Source of the DNA: an uncultured virus (IMG/VR IMGVR_UViG_3300030328_001585)
Lineage: Duplodnaviria > Heunggongvirae > Uroviricota > Caudoviricetes
Strand: one strand, 5' to 3'
IMG/VR virus record: IMGVR_UViG_3300030328_001585
DNA length: 53,954 nt
Shown here piece by piece: positions 38,201 to 46,945 of this stretch; position 1 is the stretch's first letter, and the number at the start of each line of letters is the position of its first letter. The position numbers were made by a program, and so were the translations under genes. The notes below the pieces were generated by a model. The model was not told the DNA's origin. It searched no databases and saw only the letters and a list, made by a program, of their open reading frames with translations.

Positions 38201-38262
38201 GTTATATCTTGTAGGAATTCATTTGGTCCTCCTGGTAGTCCTATGCTCTTTTTATCTGCCAT
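32218..38262 (-). CDS. 2014-aa polyvalent virion protein: ART-like domains, lysozyme/SLT-like x2, LysM x2, L,D-transpeptidase (YkuD)
   Basis: Two LysM repeats (HTVSKGENLSKIARQYNTSV.., YKVKKGDTLNEIAKSHNTSW..). YkuD pattern LIDKQNQKLKLY..VATG..AIHG..SSNGCIN. Lysozyme-like AESSGG..STATGLYG and AESNFG..SVGYTQ. Duplicated EIDWSKWN..WMKNADG..TYRG..IFT..KSxxGNDGSFN domain resembling ART-PolyVal. Confidence 0.8.
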   Translation of the reverse strand: MADKKSIGLPGGPNEFLQDITQYISVEGYKSYSPDITNPINIIESGSITMEDVDFPVHGIDNLGNEQIMFPENNYQFPGDMVMETPMLAKSGRELPKAQWGVFFKKLPAIGKELGKNADELLEYFSKNIDEFKKWWSGDNVEEASIQLKNYADEINTNVANTPKKLPFNQEGQIIPQQHMVNTNRGEFALTEALDEIYSGNPMWFAPVGDTRYFDNSLGAYGKIDEGIPFIPGQGRPIIRTINNEVGNTGKVGFNEFPLTEAEKATKINKGYNSKLVDGEWVIDYNDPIMRTELITRPGHQSKIEGIFSPDTKFKIFKSDLSKGNHAMHHKWTDAELKAIRDEGFDVIQLVDENGNQIENILLNDSKFKPTKINEMDVLIDNPPFAYGGPVAGNITHNKTTGLTIPTPLARSGEELPKAQWGQIGKNLAKLFAKSADDVVSNAKFVSEIDWSKWNKSIVENKALLQEYNLIEETTKANNTWMKNADGTDFIGTPEQFIQSKSSNFKKAYPDGVGITYRGNMGKFFPQNRGSIFTGDRTGAIHYGEDNILKNILSREQGIHELYYPKSNNTLLVDLTNHGQRDWKNLPIVDDLGRKIPENEWVNEYGEIISNVGRNRRTTDDIARYLEDGEIDYATLRNLFDGTHFEEEIIYNQQPGRFLKSMVGNDGSFNLDIIDPYRKEGGESKSLPKAQFGPNSIMSGNAYGVRPAGSRGVLGDIYDATGVSDVVENEDGSWDWLMGSDDTGGTGGAMISNILDILSIPGSLMAEGVEYFGERGDKEFNFSDAMPGFSGDFSFTNWNDEPIKTVSQTTNDDGEKLVENFWGGLGLDILTDPSTWVGAGLIKHGVTKGPKVVSKVLPKVSGKTDEIVEAVTKQSKQVVDDVVDASNKGFKSEIDWSKWNKDIPNNRALMDEYTEIERLAKADGTWMKNADGSPFTLPDGSPGTAEQFVQMNSQNFKNAYPKGIDVTYRGADQHNPVGLRDNIPNSASQAGGNKSDLGTAIFTADQNLATLYSPNHLSKLDEIPLYNAEHFYKQGFPFFTSGQPVGSKIALTAADDGGIYKLAIPKVDDAQNLKFNAGGKDWTNLDEPYIWDMMSPELQKAANANKFSNTIMYNPNRVHRPKFSTDDVAKLVEELGINRSTINNLYDFGKGDILIHNNKSGNYAKSLFGNDGSFNLANPNIYKSVAPLTIGGYSLSQQQEGPGTDRGIDWKNLDINLDGLKKGISQAESSGGVLMLNPKSTATGLYGQRFSEIEDGGLYDGTRIEFSEDIDAQNKLFELRLNEGIKINETTPLLKDAWDLTQEYKDQLGDDWNYSYEDIIGLSNFLGRKGARKFFGNVIRDGKPLAEVYPNLYGEDVEVPNKTPQEYLEIIREFYADGGEKIHTVSKGENLSKIARQYNTSVDDIVSANDIPNPSLISIDQELVIPAGIIPPSGPTYKVKKGDTLNEIAKSHNTSWHTLARLNDLTDPNLIIAGQDLMLPDTYRKEKPLAEEKWISVDELKKNNEEINSLTDENIIVKSQMINDPNQRYVLIDKQNQKLKLYHGDEIITEFEVATGANTGDAQTVTVPQDTDGDGKITEADKVDGIWQVDWNKGNLSTGAGRYTISNQSPTSSDYYNNAPSFNLVNEAGIEVSTAIHGAPDYRLKYFDNDDIVDNRSSNGCINGKCSDLQGLYDMGLPNGTPVFVLPEDEGNRFEMVDGKAVLRMNANNRAKYQTYEADGESRKGQGGNYSTNTLSYKPIRAQFDEAGFRDEIFTAFDFNDDEELNNTTIPFISALVENKKDIMKEAQISSDVYNQIAKMAFGIYGAESNFGDTHSGLGNFMRAGNKYMRQQAGWEDGSSPDVKSKHDFYGLDEDYRSVGYTQMRWSQLNEREKKALGNMNIRNNADLLNPEKAAIATALVLGIRYHEQLSSDQKKNMWLYLPSKWNKRDNYVQRVKHNSRFLNFEQFDRMTAGGEVENLAIYRNYISGTYDNTKMEDIGVKIYDKLNRKHYKQAKELGMSPANYVMTYVINDS

Positions 38263-38264
38263 GG

Positions 38265-41200
38265 TTATCTCTGTGATAATTGTAATTTAGTATTATTTAA
38301 TCTTAATAACATTTTTCTATCTCCTGATATATTTCTTCTTAAAGTAACTTGATTAGAGTAATGTCTAAATTTCTTACGTTGAGTAGGTGGTTTGTTATAA
38401 TTTAGATTTGTAACATTTAAATTTCTTATATATCCATTACATTCTGTTTTAAATATAGATTGCTCTGCATTTGAAAATTCTCCCCTATCATTTGTAATAT
38501 CCCAGAACTGATTAAATCTAAATTTATGTTCTACTTTAGAGGCAAGAATATCTATACTGTTTGGATTAATAACTGGAAAATTTAGATTACCCCAAGGATC
38601 ATTTACTGCTTGACTATTAATTTCTAACAATCCTGAGACTTGATCATTATTGTAAACAATTGCATTATCAAAATTAAATAGTAAATCTTCCCACTTATCT
38701 CCTCCACACATATTATATTGTGGATCTCCTTTATATACATAGGTTTCTAATTGATATTCAAAACTTCTAACAGTATTAACAGCCTGCCCTGTATTAGAAA
38801 TTACATCTATTTCCCATGGGTAATCTACATTATAATAATTAGCAAATAAATCACACCTTACATTATGTCTCCAGAATCCTCCTACTTCATAGTTAGGTGG
38901 AGTACTTATATAATAAAAATAATTACACTCTCTATTACTTACAAAACTTGGATCACCAACTTGATATATTAATGGAGCTGTATCAGGACAATCTCCTATA
39001 GGAGTTGTGACTGTTCCAGGAATAGTTGCTGGAGGACAATCACATGTAACTTTTCTACATATAGGGGGAGTAACATCATCACATACTCCAGTTGATGCAG
39101 TATATGTTGAAGTAACTGGATCTAAATATACAGTTGTATATCCTGCTGGACAACTACATGAGAACGGAATAGAACATACATCTGCTGCAATAGCATCTCC
39201 CATTGCATCTAACTGAGCATTATCATCTGTATCCATTGCAAACTGATTAGGTCCCGGAGTTCCACTAACACCAGGATTAGTATCATTATATGTTGAATTT
39301 GAAATACTATTTAAAAGAGTTTGATCACCTGGATAATCAGTACTATTTCCACAGAATACTGCATAAATTTCTTGTTTAGTTGTATCTTGTAAATCAATAT
39401 CAGTTGATTGATTTGCTCCTCCTGCCCATGTACCAGTATTAGCTACTTGAGGTGCTGTTGCTATTATATTAGGTGATTGCATAGCTGCTATGTCAGCACT
39501 GATTGCTGCAGTTCCTGCTGTACCATCTGTAATAACAATTAAAATTTGTTTAAAATTGTTGCTTTGAGTTCTTCCTGGATAATCTGCTGCTAGTGTTGAG
39601 TTAGCTTTATCATTTAATTGACCTAGACCTCCAGTAGCACTAAAAGGATTCAACGCATCTATAGCATTTAAAGCATTAGTTCCTCCATTATTAGGCCAAG
39701 CTGCAGTATATAATGCAACTAATGATGCTCCTGTTGCAGTAGTAGTCATACTAAGACCACCCTGATCTATATGTTGACTAGCATTTGTCCATCCTGTAAT
39801 ACCTACCTGCATAGTTCCTGCATCTAATGCATCTTTAACATTGCTGTTATTCATAAACACATCTAACCAACGCATTTGTGCAGTAGCAGCGGTAGTATCA
39901 TTCATAGTACCACCACCTGTTTGAGCTCCTGTTACAGGATCAAATACCATAGGGGTATAGTTAGGAGCAGTTGTTCCTGGTGTTGTACTTCCTGACATAT
40001 CTATTGCAATCACAATATCTAATAAACAGTTTGTTGCACCACCTGTTACAGTAGCCGCTACTTCATCTACAGTTATATCTGCTGGGTCAGTGTCATTAAC
40101 ACTTATTTCACATTGTCCGTTGCTTGCATTATAATTATATCCGGGAGGGCATACAGGTATAGTACCTGTTGAATTTTTAGTTGTAAAGAAATGATTAATA
40201 CTTGGTATAGCTAAATCAGGATGCCAGTCATGAAAAGAAATCCACGCTTTAGCTTTTGGATCATAACTGATAGTCCAAGAGCAATCATCAAAATATATTG
40301 GATCTCCTATATCTACAGGAATAGGTCCCCAACCTAAGTCTATATCAACTGGTTTAACATCTCTATCTCTCCATGTTGCATCAGCTATATATTGAGGTTT
40401 TATTTGATAATCTTTTTTCATAATGTATACTATATCATCTACAGAATCATACATTATTTGACATCCTACACCCTGTACAGGATTATCTGTCCATACAGAA
40501 GTTTCTGAGGCAGGGAATTGTTGAATAAAGCGTGATGGTAAATATTTAGCAAACCACCACTTCATTCCTGTATTAGATATAGGATCTAATCCTTTTCCAC
40601 CATATTGGAATATTTTTCCTTGTTGTTGTGATATAAAGAATAATCCTACCGGTGTATTTATTACTCCTCTAATACTTTCACAAGAACCATATTCAGTAGA
40701 TATATCTGCATTAGCTACATTTTGGAACGGTTGACTAAATAACCCTCCATCACCTATAGTTAATTTAGTATCTAATTGAGTCTTAAGGGTATCTAAACCT
40801 TGAAACATTTGTGGAGACAAATAAGGGAAGAATATTAATGCACCACTTTTATTAATAGGTTTAATAACACTTACAGCATTTTTAAAATCTTTATAATTAT
40901 TATTTAAGAACACTCTCCAGAAATCTCTTTTTGATTCTTCCTGAGCTTGTAATGAATATATAAGTCTTTTAGGATAACTTACAAAACAATTTGCTGCAAC
41001 GTCTGGATCATAATCTCTTGGTTGTACACTACCAAAACTACTTAGTTGTGTAGGAAATTTAGAAGGACTTAATGATTCATCATATTTATAAAAATTATCA
41101 CTTTTCTCTATCTTAGCATGAAAGAGTTCATCAATATCATTATTATTATATATATCATATATCTTTTTTTGTGGCATATCTTCCCAGTCTCTCTGATCTA

Positions 41201-44200
41201 GGTTAATTTCTGATTCTACAAAAAAGTCTAATATACCATTAGTATGAGAATACATATATGCAAATTCCATTGCTAATGCTGGATTAGGATCATCTGAATT
41301 ATTAAAAATAGAATTCCATGCATCATTACAAGAATCATTTCCTCTATCTAAATAATATAAATCACCAGGCCATATTGCATTTAAAGCTCCTGTAGATGCT
41401 ATACCCAATGTTACTATTTGATTAGCTATTGGAGTCATATCATATCTCTGTGAATCTAACCAATAACGTGGATAAGGAATATTTACATATAAAGAATAAT
41501 CAAATGTATATTCATCTGGTTGACCAAGTAAGAAGTTACTGAATATAGGCATGATAACTTTTTCTGTATATCTACCTATAAAAATATCTCCTGCAAATAT
41601 TGCTTGGGTTTTATACATATATGCATCAGGTAATGATGGGTCTAATAACTCCACACAACCTCTCATCTGAATTTGTTTTATACCATCCAGTTGCCCATAT
41701 TGATTATCCATATTGTACTTAAGAGCACCATAATATGCTGAGATAGCTCTCTTTTTGTTTGTACCTTTAGGGTCTAATAAGTATTGATCACTAAATGTAC
41801 TTACTGTTCCATTAGCATTTACTTCTCCTCCAATTACAAATCTGGATTTATCCTCTACAGAAGGATCTTGAATTGGTGTATCTAATGCTACAGCTACTGT
41901 TGAAGGTCTGAAAAGATTGTTGATTTTATAATTACCACTATCAAACATTTGGAATGATGCTCCTAGATAATTTGCATCTTTATTCTTTATTCTCCATAAA
42001 CCATTAGTGTTATTTGAATAGTTTGTAAATAATCCATAAGAATTATATTTCCAAACAAAAGAAGATTTTTTAACTAAGTTATATATTAAATCAATTATTT
42101 CATTACCTCCTAATGCAATATTAGCTTTAGAGGTTTGTAAGGAAACAACTAACTTTAAAAATAAAGGAAGGGCAGATAGGGTCTGATCTTTCCTAACTGA
42201 ATTTATTTCATATCCACCCATGAAACCAGGTATATCTCCTAAGTTCTGTTGTATACCACTTTGTACTTCTATTGTTGCTTGATTAGCAGCACCCCCAGTA
42301 TATAAATCTGCTAAACCTGCTGCTGCATCTAATAAAGTACTTAATATAACATTAATAGCTGTTTGACCTCCATTAGCACCTGCAGTAGCAGCAATATAAC
42401 CTGCTAAGGCTGGTCCTGGTTGATTCATATATCCAGCTCCTGCAGGTCCTCCAAATCCTCCTATACCACTTTGAGTACTTAGATTACCTCGTCCACCCAC
42501 TACTTTCCTATCAGCTGTTCCTCTTACTTGATGGATAGCATAACCTAATCCAATAGCACCACCAATAACTGCTGCTCCTCCTCTTAATAATTTAAATTGT
42601 GGATGATCCTCAGATGGTTTAAAATAACCACTTGATTGTCCACTTAATTGACCATAAAGTCTAGTTTCATATGCATTCAGAAATGGTTTTGTGAACATTA
42701 GATCTGGAGATGCAAATGTAAATACTTCTTTAGAATAACCATTTAGAGGAGCAAAACTATTAATTGACTGTGAGAAGCTATCACAACTGCTAGTTCTATT
42801 ACTAGCACCAGCTGCTACTCCATCATGAAAATAAGGATCTGGCCTTAAATCATTATAAGGATGATTTGGGTATAATCCTTGAACACTTCCACCTATAAGA
42901 TTTTCTGCATTAGGTAATGTATACTCACGCATATTTCTAAATAAACCTTTTGCAAGTATTGATCTTGCACCTTGTCTTGATCCTCTTAGAATTTCATAAC
43001 CTACTACATTTGGAATATATGTACCATCATTATATTTAGGTCTACCTATATTAGTAAATTCTACTCCTAATATATTGATTAAGTCTGTCCCTGTATTGGA
43101 TATATGTAGAGGAGATGATGCTCCTCCTATTTCCTCAGTAGGCATTTTATGATGCCTTATAGGTTTACCACATAAATCTCCACAAGGTCCATTCCATATA
43201 TCTGGTCTATTTACTGGATACCTTTCTGTAGATTCCCAGTATGCCATTTTTCCTCTTGCTATTATAATTCCTGCTCCATCAACTGGTTCTGTTAATCCTG
43301 ATGATGTAATACTAGCTGTATTATAAACTTTAAATACTGGATCCCCTGCAGGATCTAATGCATTTGCACCAGTTATTATTGCATCTTCCATCTGAGATCC
43401 AGATCCTGTATTAAACATTTCTGGTGCTCTACCCGGTATATGATATGATGATGATCTTTCTCCTGTATTATATATCCATCTTATAAAAAATGCATATTGT
43501 TCATCTCTTAAGAATCCTAATTTATTACCTCCTAAGTAATAATAATTTGCAGGAACTTGATTTACTACCCAATTTACTTCAATACAATTGGCAATAGGTT
43601 GATAGTTAAAATCAAATTGTTCAGTTGGTCCTTGTCTTATTAACCAATCATTAACTACAAACATAGATTCTGATTTCTCATAAGCTGGACTACGGAGTGG
43701 TATTAGTTCAAGACTAACAGAACTTAATCCTTCATCTATATAATCTATATTTATTTCACTTGTCTCAGTACTATATAGACCCATTCTTTTAGCAGAAGTT
43801 TGTCCTTGATTTCTTCTTAGTATTACTAACTCAAAATAAAAATAATCTTGATCTAGATTACTCAATACTATATCAAGTGATCCACTAGTTCCTTCATGGC
43901 TCCATAAAGTTTGTATATTAGATATACCTATATAATCTGTAACACGTTGTTCATTTTCTGTATAAGCAATAAAGGCTTGATAACTTCCATTTTGTAGCAT
44001 TCCACCATCAGTTGCTTTACTTAGTTTAACACAAGGAGTATCAACTAAAGGAGCCAATCTAATTTTTTCACAATTTAGTGCTTTAGGTTCTATTACTTCC
44101 CAGACAGCACAATCTTCTCCATCTATACCTGGTCCTGATACTTGTACTTCTTGCCATGGAATATCATCTATGTTCATTGCACGGGATGGGTTATTACCAT

Positions 44201-44636
44201 CATCCCAATAAACTTCCCATGTACAATCAAAGTTTTCTTTTGCTGCACCAGTAATTAAATATTTTTTTAAGAAATTTAAACACTGATCATTAACTAATGT
44301 AGTATACTTACATTCACTATCATCAAACCTACCTATTTCAGAATTTATATCATCTGTAGAGAATACAATCCACTCATCTCCATATCTATGAATTGCTCCT
44401 ATTACTGTATATGGTATAACACCACATAATAAATTAGCTGGCTCATTACCTATAACTCCTAAATCTCCATCTTCAGAATTGTTAGCTGCATTTCTTGCAT
44501 GCCACCAAGCTTGATTGCTCTCTAAAGAAGGAGCAATATCTTTGTTCATCCCTTTTGCAAAGGAATTAGTATTTACTGATGAACTGCCTTTACCAGCACC
44601 GCTTGTAGGAGAAGATGTTCTTTTCTTTTTTGCCAT
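38265..44636 (-). CDS. Tail stabilisation/muzzle-like protein with inserted Cys-rich and vWA domain
   Basis: N-terminal NSFAKGMNKD..HARNA and C-terminal WTISYDP..WISFHDWHP patterns typical of crAss-like stabilisation (P22 gp10-like) proteins. Located next to the ring-type genes. Insert carries DIVIAIDMSGS and ILIVITDG. Confidence 0.7.
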   Translation of the reverse strand: MAKKKRTSSPTSGAGKGSSSVNTNSFAKGMNKDIAPSLESNQAWWHARNAANNSEDGDLGVIGNEPANLLCGVIPYTVIGAIHRYGDEWIVFSTDDINSEIGRFDDSECKYTTLVNDQCLNFLKKYLITGAAKENFDCTWEVYWDDGNNPSRAMNIDDIPWQEVQVSGPGIDGEDCAVWEVIEPKALNCEKIRLAPLVDTPCVKLSKATDGGMLQNGSYQAFIAYTENEQRVTDYIGISNIQTLWSHEGTSGSLDIVLSNLDQDYFYFELVILRRNQGQTSAKRMGLYSTETSEINIDYIDEGLSSVSLELIPLRSPAYEKSESMFVVNDWLIRQGPTEQFDFNYQPIANCIEVNWVVNQVPANYYYLGGNKLGFLRDEQYAFFIRWIYNTGERSSSYHIPGRAPEMFNTGSGSQMEDAIITGANALDPAGDPVFKVYNTASITSSGLTEPVDGAGIIIARGKMAYWESTERYPVNRPDIWNGPCGDLCGKPIRHHKMPTEEIGGASSPLHISNTGTDLINILGVEFTNIGRPKYNDGTYIPNVVGYEILRGSRQGARSILAKGLFRNMREYTLPNAENLIGGSVQGLYPNHPYNDLRPDPYFHDGVAAGASNRTSSCDSFSQSINSFAPLNGYSKEVFTFASPDLMFTKPFLNAYETRLYGQLSGQSSGYFKPSEDHPQFKLLRGGAAVIGGAIGLGYAIHQVRGTADRKVVGGRGNLSTQSGIGGFGGPAGAGYMNQPGPALAGYIAATAGANGGQTAINVILSTLLDAAAGLADLYTGGAANQATIEVQSGIQQNLGDIPGFMGGYEINSVRKDQTLSALPLFLKLVVSLQTSKANIALGGNEIIDLIYNLVKKSSFVWKYNSYGLFTNYSNNTNGLWRIKNKDANYLGASFQMFDSGNYKINNLFRPSTVAVALDTPIQDPSVEDKSRFVIGGEVNANGTVSTFSDQYLLDPKGTNKKRAISAYYGALKYNMDNQYGQLDGIKQIQMRGCVELLDPSLPDAYMYKTQAIFAGDIFIGRYTEKVIMPIFSNFLLGQPDEYTFDYSLYVNIPYPRYWLDSQRYDMTPIANQIVTLGIASTGALNAIWPGDLYYLDRGNDSCNDAWNSIFNNSDDPNPALAMEFAYMYSHTNGILDFFVESEINLDQRDWEDMPQKKIYDIYNNNDIDELFHAKIEKSDNFYKYDESLSPSKFPTQLSSFGSVQPRDYDPDVAANCFVSYPKRLIYSLQAQEESKRDFWRVFLNNNYKDFKNAVSVIKPINKSGALIFFPYLSPQMFQGLDTLKTQLDTKLTIGDGGLFSQPFQNVANADISTEYGSCESIRGVINTPVGLFFISQQQGKIFQYGGKGLDPISNTGMKWWFAKYLPSRFIQQFPASETSVWTDNPVQGVGCQIMYDSVDDIVYIMKKDYQIKPQYIADATWRDRDVKPVDIDLGWGPIPVDIGDPIYFDDCSWTISYDPKAKAWISFHDWHPDLAIPSINHFFTTKNSTGTIPVCPPGYNYNASNGQCEISVNDTDPADITVDEVAATVTGGATNCLLDIVIAIDMSGSTTPGTTAPNYTPMVFDPVTGAQTGGGTMNDTTAATAQMRWLDVFMNNSNVKDALDAGTMQVGITGWTNASQHIDQGGLSMTTTATGASLVALYTAAWPNNGGTNALNAIDALNPFSATGGLGQLNDKANSTLAADYPGRTQSNNFKQILIVITDGTAGTAAISADIAAMQSPNIIATAPQVANTGTWAGGANQSTDIDLQDTTKQEIYAVFCGNSTDYPGDQTLLNSISNSTYNDTNPGVSGTPGPNQFAMDTDDNAQLDAMGDAIAADVCSIPFSCSCPAGYTTVYLDPVTSTYTASTGVCDDVTPPICRKVTCDCPPATIPGTVTTPIGDCPDTAPLIYQVGDPSFVSNRECNYFYYISTPPNYEVGGFWRHNVRCDLFANYYNVDYPWEIDVISNTGQAVNTVRSFEYQLETYVYKGDPQYNMCGGDKWEDLLFNFDNAIVYNNDQVSGLLEINSQAVNDPWGNLNFPVINPNSIDILASKVEHKFRFNQFWDITNDRGEFSNAEQSIFKTECNGYIRNLNVTNLNYNKPPTQRKKFRHYSNQVTLRRNISGDRKMLLRLNNTKLQLSQR

Positions 44637-44650
44637 AATCTATTAACTCA

Positions 44651-45628
44651 TTAACTACATGTCCCACATGAAGCAGATGCTGCGGATGAGGATGTTGTTG
44701 TTGTACTTGCTGCTGCAGTCTTAGGTGCAGATACTACTCTAGGATTAATAGGAGCATAACTTAAAAACATATTATAGAAATTATGATATTGAGCTCTTCT
44801 ATTCATTGTAAAAACTTTATGCATCTCTGCAAAGTCTGGAGTATTAACAAAACTTAAAGCATTATTTCTAGCCGCTCTTAATCTTGTTTCTGCTAATCCT
44901 AATTGTTGTGAAACGTTTTCTCCATTCCACAGCATATTTTCTAATATTCTTTGTTTAACTGCATACTCATAATATTCATTACAATAAGGTTGATCTAAAA
45001 CTAATAGATCTCCATTATCATCTTCCATAGCTCCTTGATAACTTACATATACTTTTCCCGTCTTAAATGTTGTTATTAAAAAACCATCTCTGATTTCTGC
45101 CACATCTAATGCTTGTGCTCCTAGACTTGGGCAAAAACATACCTCATCATTTACACTTCCAATTTTCAATTCTGTCCAAGTAGTAAAAGTTCTAAATTGA
45201 TTAGGACCCACTCTCTGAACTAATTGGTAACTGCTATTATCATTACAAGTCTTAATAACACATACATCTTTACATAAAGTCTTTTGATCACATGGAGCTG
45301 AGTCATTAGGAGAAGGAACATAAGGTACATCATTAAATGTTTCTACATGTGTACCTGAAGGAAGGCTGCTATTGATAGTATATTCTCCACATCTAAATGC
45401 GTAGTTAATATATTGAAAGTCCATTGGCAATTGTCCTTTGCCGTGTTCTATATCAATAATTGCTTGCTTAGTTCTATGAATTTTTAAACCTAAATCATAA
45501 TTTACTCTCTGAGCTACTTTGATTAATTGTTGAGGTTCAATCATACCCTCTAATGCATAATTAGAAAAATCAATGGAAACATCTTCCATTAATTGACTAA
45601 ATGTTCTATATTTTTGTGATACTCCCAT
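44651..45628 (-). CDS. Putative tail ring/tubular protein
   Basis: Size and position between a second ring-like gene and the stabilisation gene. GQLPMDF..FKTGKVYVSY..DDNGDLLVLD..YYEYAVK pattern. Confidence 0.5.
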   Translation of the reverse strand: MGVSQKYRTFSQLMEDVSIDFSNYALEGMIEPQQLIKVAQRVNYDLGLKIHRTKQAIIDIEHGKGQLPMDFQYINYAFRCGEYTINSSLPSGTHVETFNDVPYVPSPNDSAPCDQKTLCKDVCVIKTCNDNSSYQLVQRVGPNQFRTFTTWTELKIGSVNDEVCFCPSLGAQALDVAEIRDGFLITTFKTGKVYVSYQGAMEDDNGDLLVLDQPYCNEYYEYAVKQRILENMLWNGENVSQQLGLAETRLRAARNNALSFVNTPDFAEMHKVFTMNRRAQYHNFYNMFLSYAPINPRVVSAPKTAAASTTTTSSSAASASCGTCS

Positions 45629-45639
45629 GATTTTTTATT

Positions 45640-46314
45640 TTAGTTTCTCATTAAGTTACGTTTGTTATCAGAGTCTTCTGAAGGAACCTTTAATGTATTC
45701 ATCATAGTAGCAACCACCTGACTTTCTATTTCAGCAAATAATGCTTCAGGTATATATATTTCTTGTTCATACCTTGGAGTACAATTATTAGTTTCATCAC
45801 AATCCCATGCAGTAATATCTGAATCAAACACTCCTTCTACTTTAATTGCATCCCATGCTATATTTGGACAGTATATATATCCATCTAACCACCAAAAGTA
45901 TAATGTGTTATTATACTTAAAAGAAGTTGTTTTAGTCATTGACGTATATGTACCAGGTTGAGTAGCTTGCAATTCTTGTGAACCATCTATAGAACTAATG
46001 GTACGGATCAGTGGACCCCAATATCCTTCAAACATTGAAGGTAGTTTTAATTTTGTACGTTTTATTGTGCAACCACTTGTAATTCCAGAACAATGTGCTT
46101 CTACCTTATCTACATCAATTAGTTCAACATAAGGTAATGTTTTCCATACTGAATTAAATTTTAATAGTTTATTTGCATAATCTTGTCTTCTCATTAAAAA
46201 CTGTGCATGCTTTTCTATTAAGCTATATATGTATCTATCAGTAATAAACCCGTCTTGCACTTCTGCTTTTACTTGTCCTCTAATTCTAGATATTGTTTGT
46301 GCTATTGTTGACAT
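45640..46314 (-). CDS. Putative tail ring protein
   Basis: 224 aa; C..IKRTKLKLP..WWLDGYIY..KVEGVF..PSEDSDN pattern resembling crAss-like ring proteins; synteny. Confidence 0.55.
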   Translation of the reverse strand: MSTIAQTISRIRGQVKAEVQDGFITDRYIYSLIEKHAQFLMRRQDYANKLLKFNSVWKTLPYVELIDVDKVEAHCSGITSGCTIKRTKLKLPSMFEGYWGPLIRTISSIDGSQELQATQPGTYTSMTKTTSFKYNNTLYFWWLDGYIYCPNIAWDAIKVEGVFDSDITAWDCDETNNCTPRYEQEIYIPEALFAEIESQVVATMMNTLKVPSEDSDNKRNLMRN

Positions 46315-46319
46315 GTTTT

Positions 46320-46886
46320 TTATTTTTCAAATTCATTATAATAGGCTAATGCTTTGTTAGTTTCTTCTGCATTCTCATCATAAAGATGAGCAACTCTATA
46401 TTTATTTTTCATAACTACATATTTTGTCCAATTAACAGGATACTCTTTAGCAACCTTTCTTTTAAATTCTCTACAAGCAACAAACCTCCATAACTCTCTA
46501 TTCTTAAATCTATATTTAGTAGAATAGTTTGTATAAAATATTTTTCCTAAATTGCCATCAGTTTCCCAATTTTTATTTTGTAAAACTTTACCATACTGCT
46601 TAGATAAGGCATAATCTGTATTTACTGTTTTTGATGCCTTACATGTTCCTATAAATAAATAACCCAATGAATCAGGTAATTCAACACCATCTCTATTGTC
46701 TATTACTGCATTCCAAAGGTTTATATTATATAGTTTTATTATCTTTTTAAGTTTAACATTATCTATGTGTGAGTACAAGGGTTTCTTGTCCTTAAACTCC
46801 CTAATTGTTTCTTCATTTAATAACCCAAGTCTTTTCTCTCTATACCTAGGAGCATTTAAATCAGGTTTTTTAAAATTATTGATCAT
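46320..46886 (-). CDS. Basic protein, possibly IHF/HU-like
   Basis: Lys/Arg-rich; helix followed by DGVELPDSLGYLFI and WRFVACREFKRKV. crAss-like phages carry IHF-like genes at this position. Confidence 0.45.
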   Translation of the reverse strand: MINNFKKPDLNAPRYREKRLGLLNEETIREFKDKKPLYSHIDNVKLKKIIKLYNINLWNAVIDNRDGVELPDSLGYLFIGTCKASKTVNTDYALSKQYGKVLQNKNWETDGNLGKIFYTNYSTKYRFKNRELWRFVACREFKRKVAKEYPVNWTKYVVMKNKYRVAHLYDENAEETNKALAYYNEFEK

Positions 46887-46898
46887 ATAGTTATATTT

Positions 46899-46910
46899 AT
46901 AATTTACAAA
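46899..46910 (-). promoter_or_regulatory. Copy of recurring motif TTTGTAAATTAT, putative late promoter
   Basis: 12 nt upstream of the ATG at 46886, overlapping the T-tract of the upstream terminator. Confidence 0.45.
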
Positions 46911-46943
46911 AAAAACCGCACTTAATGAAATTAAAAGTGAGGT
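46908..46943 (-). terminator. Intrinsic terminator after the metallophosphoesterase gene
   Basis: Stem ACCGCACTT(46915-46923)/AAGTGAGGT(46935-46943) with one mismatch, followed on the minus strand by a T-run. Confidence 0.6.
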
Positions 46944-46945
46944 CT

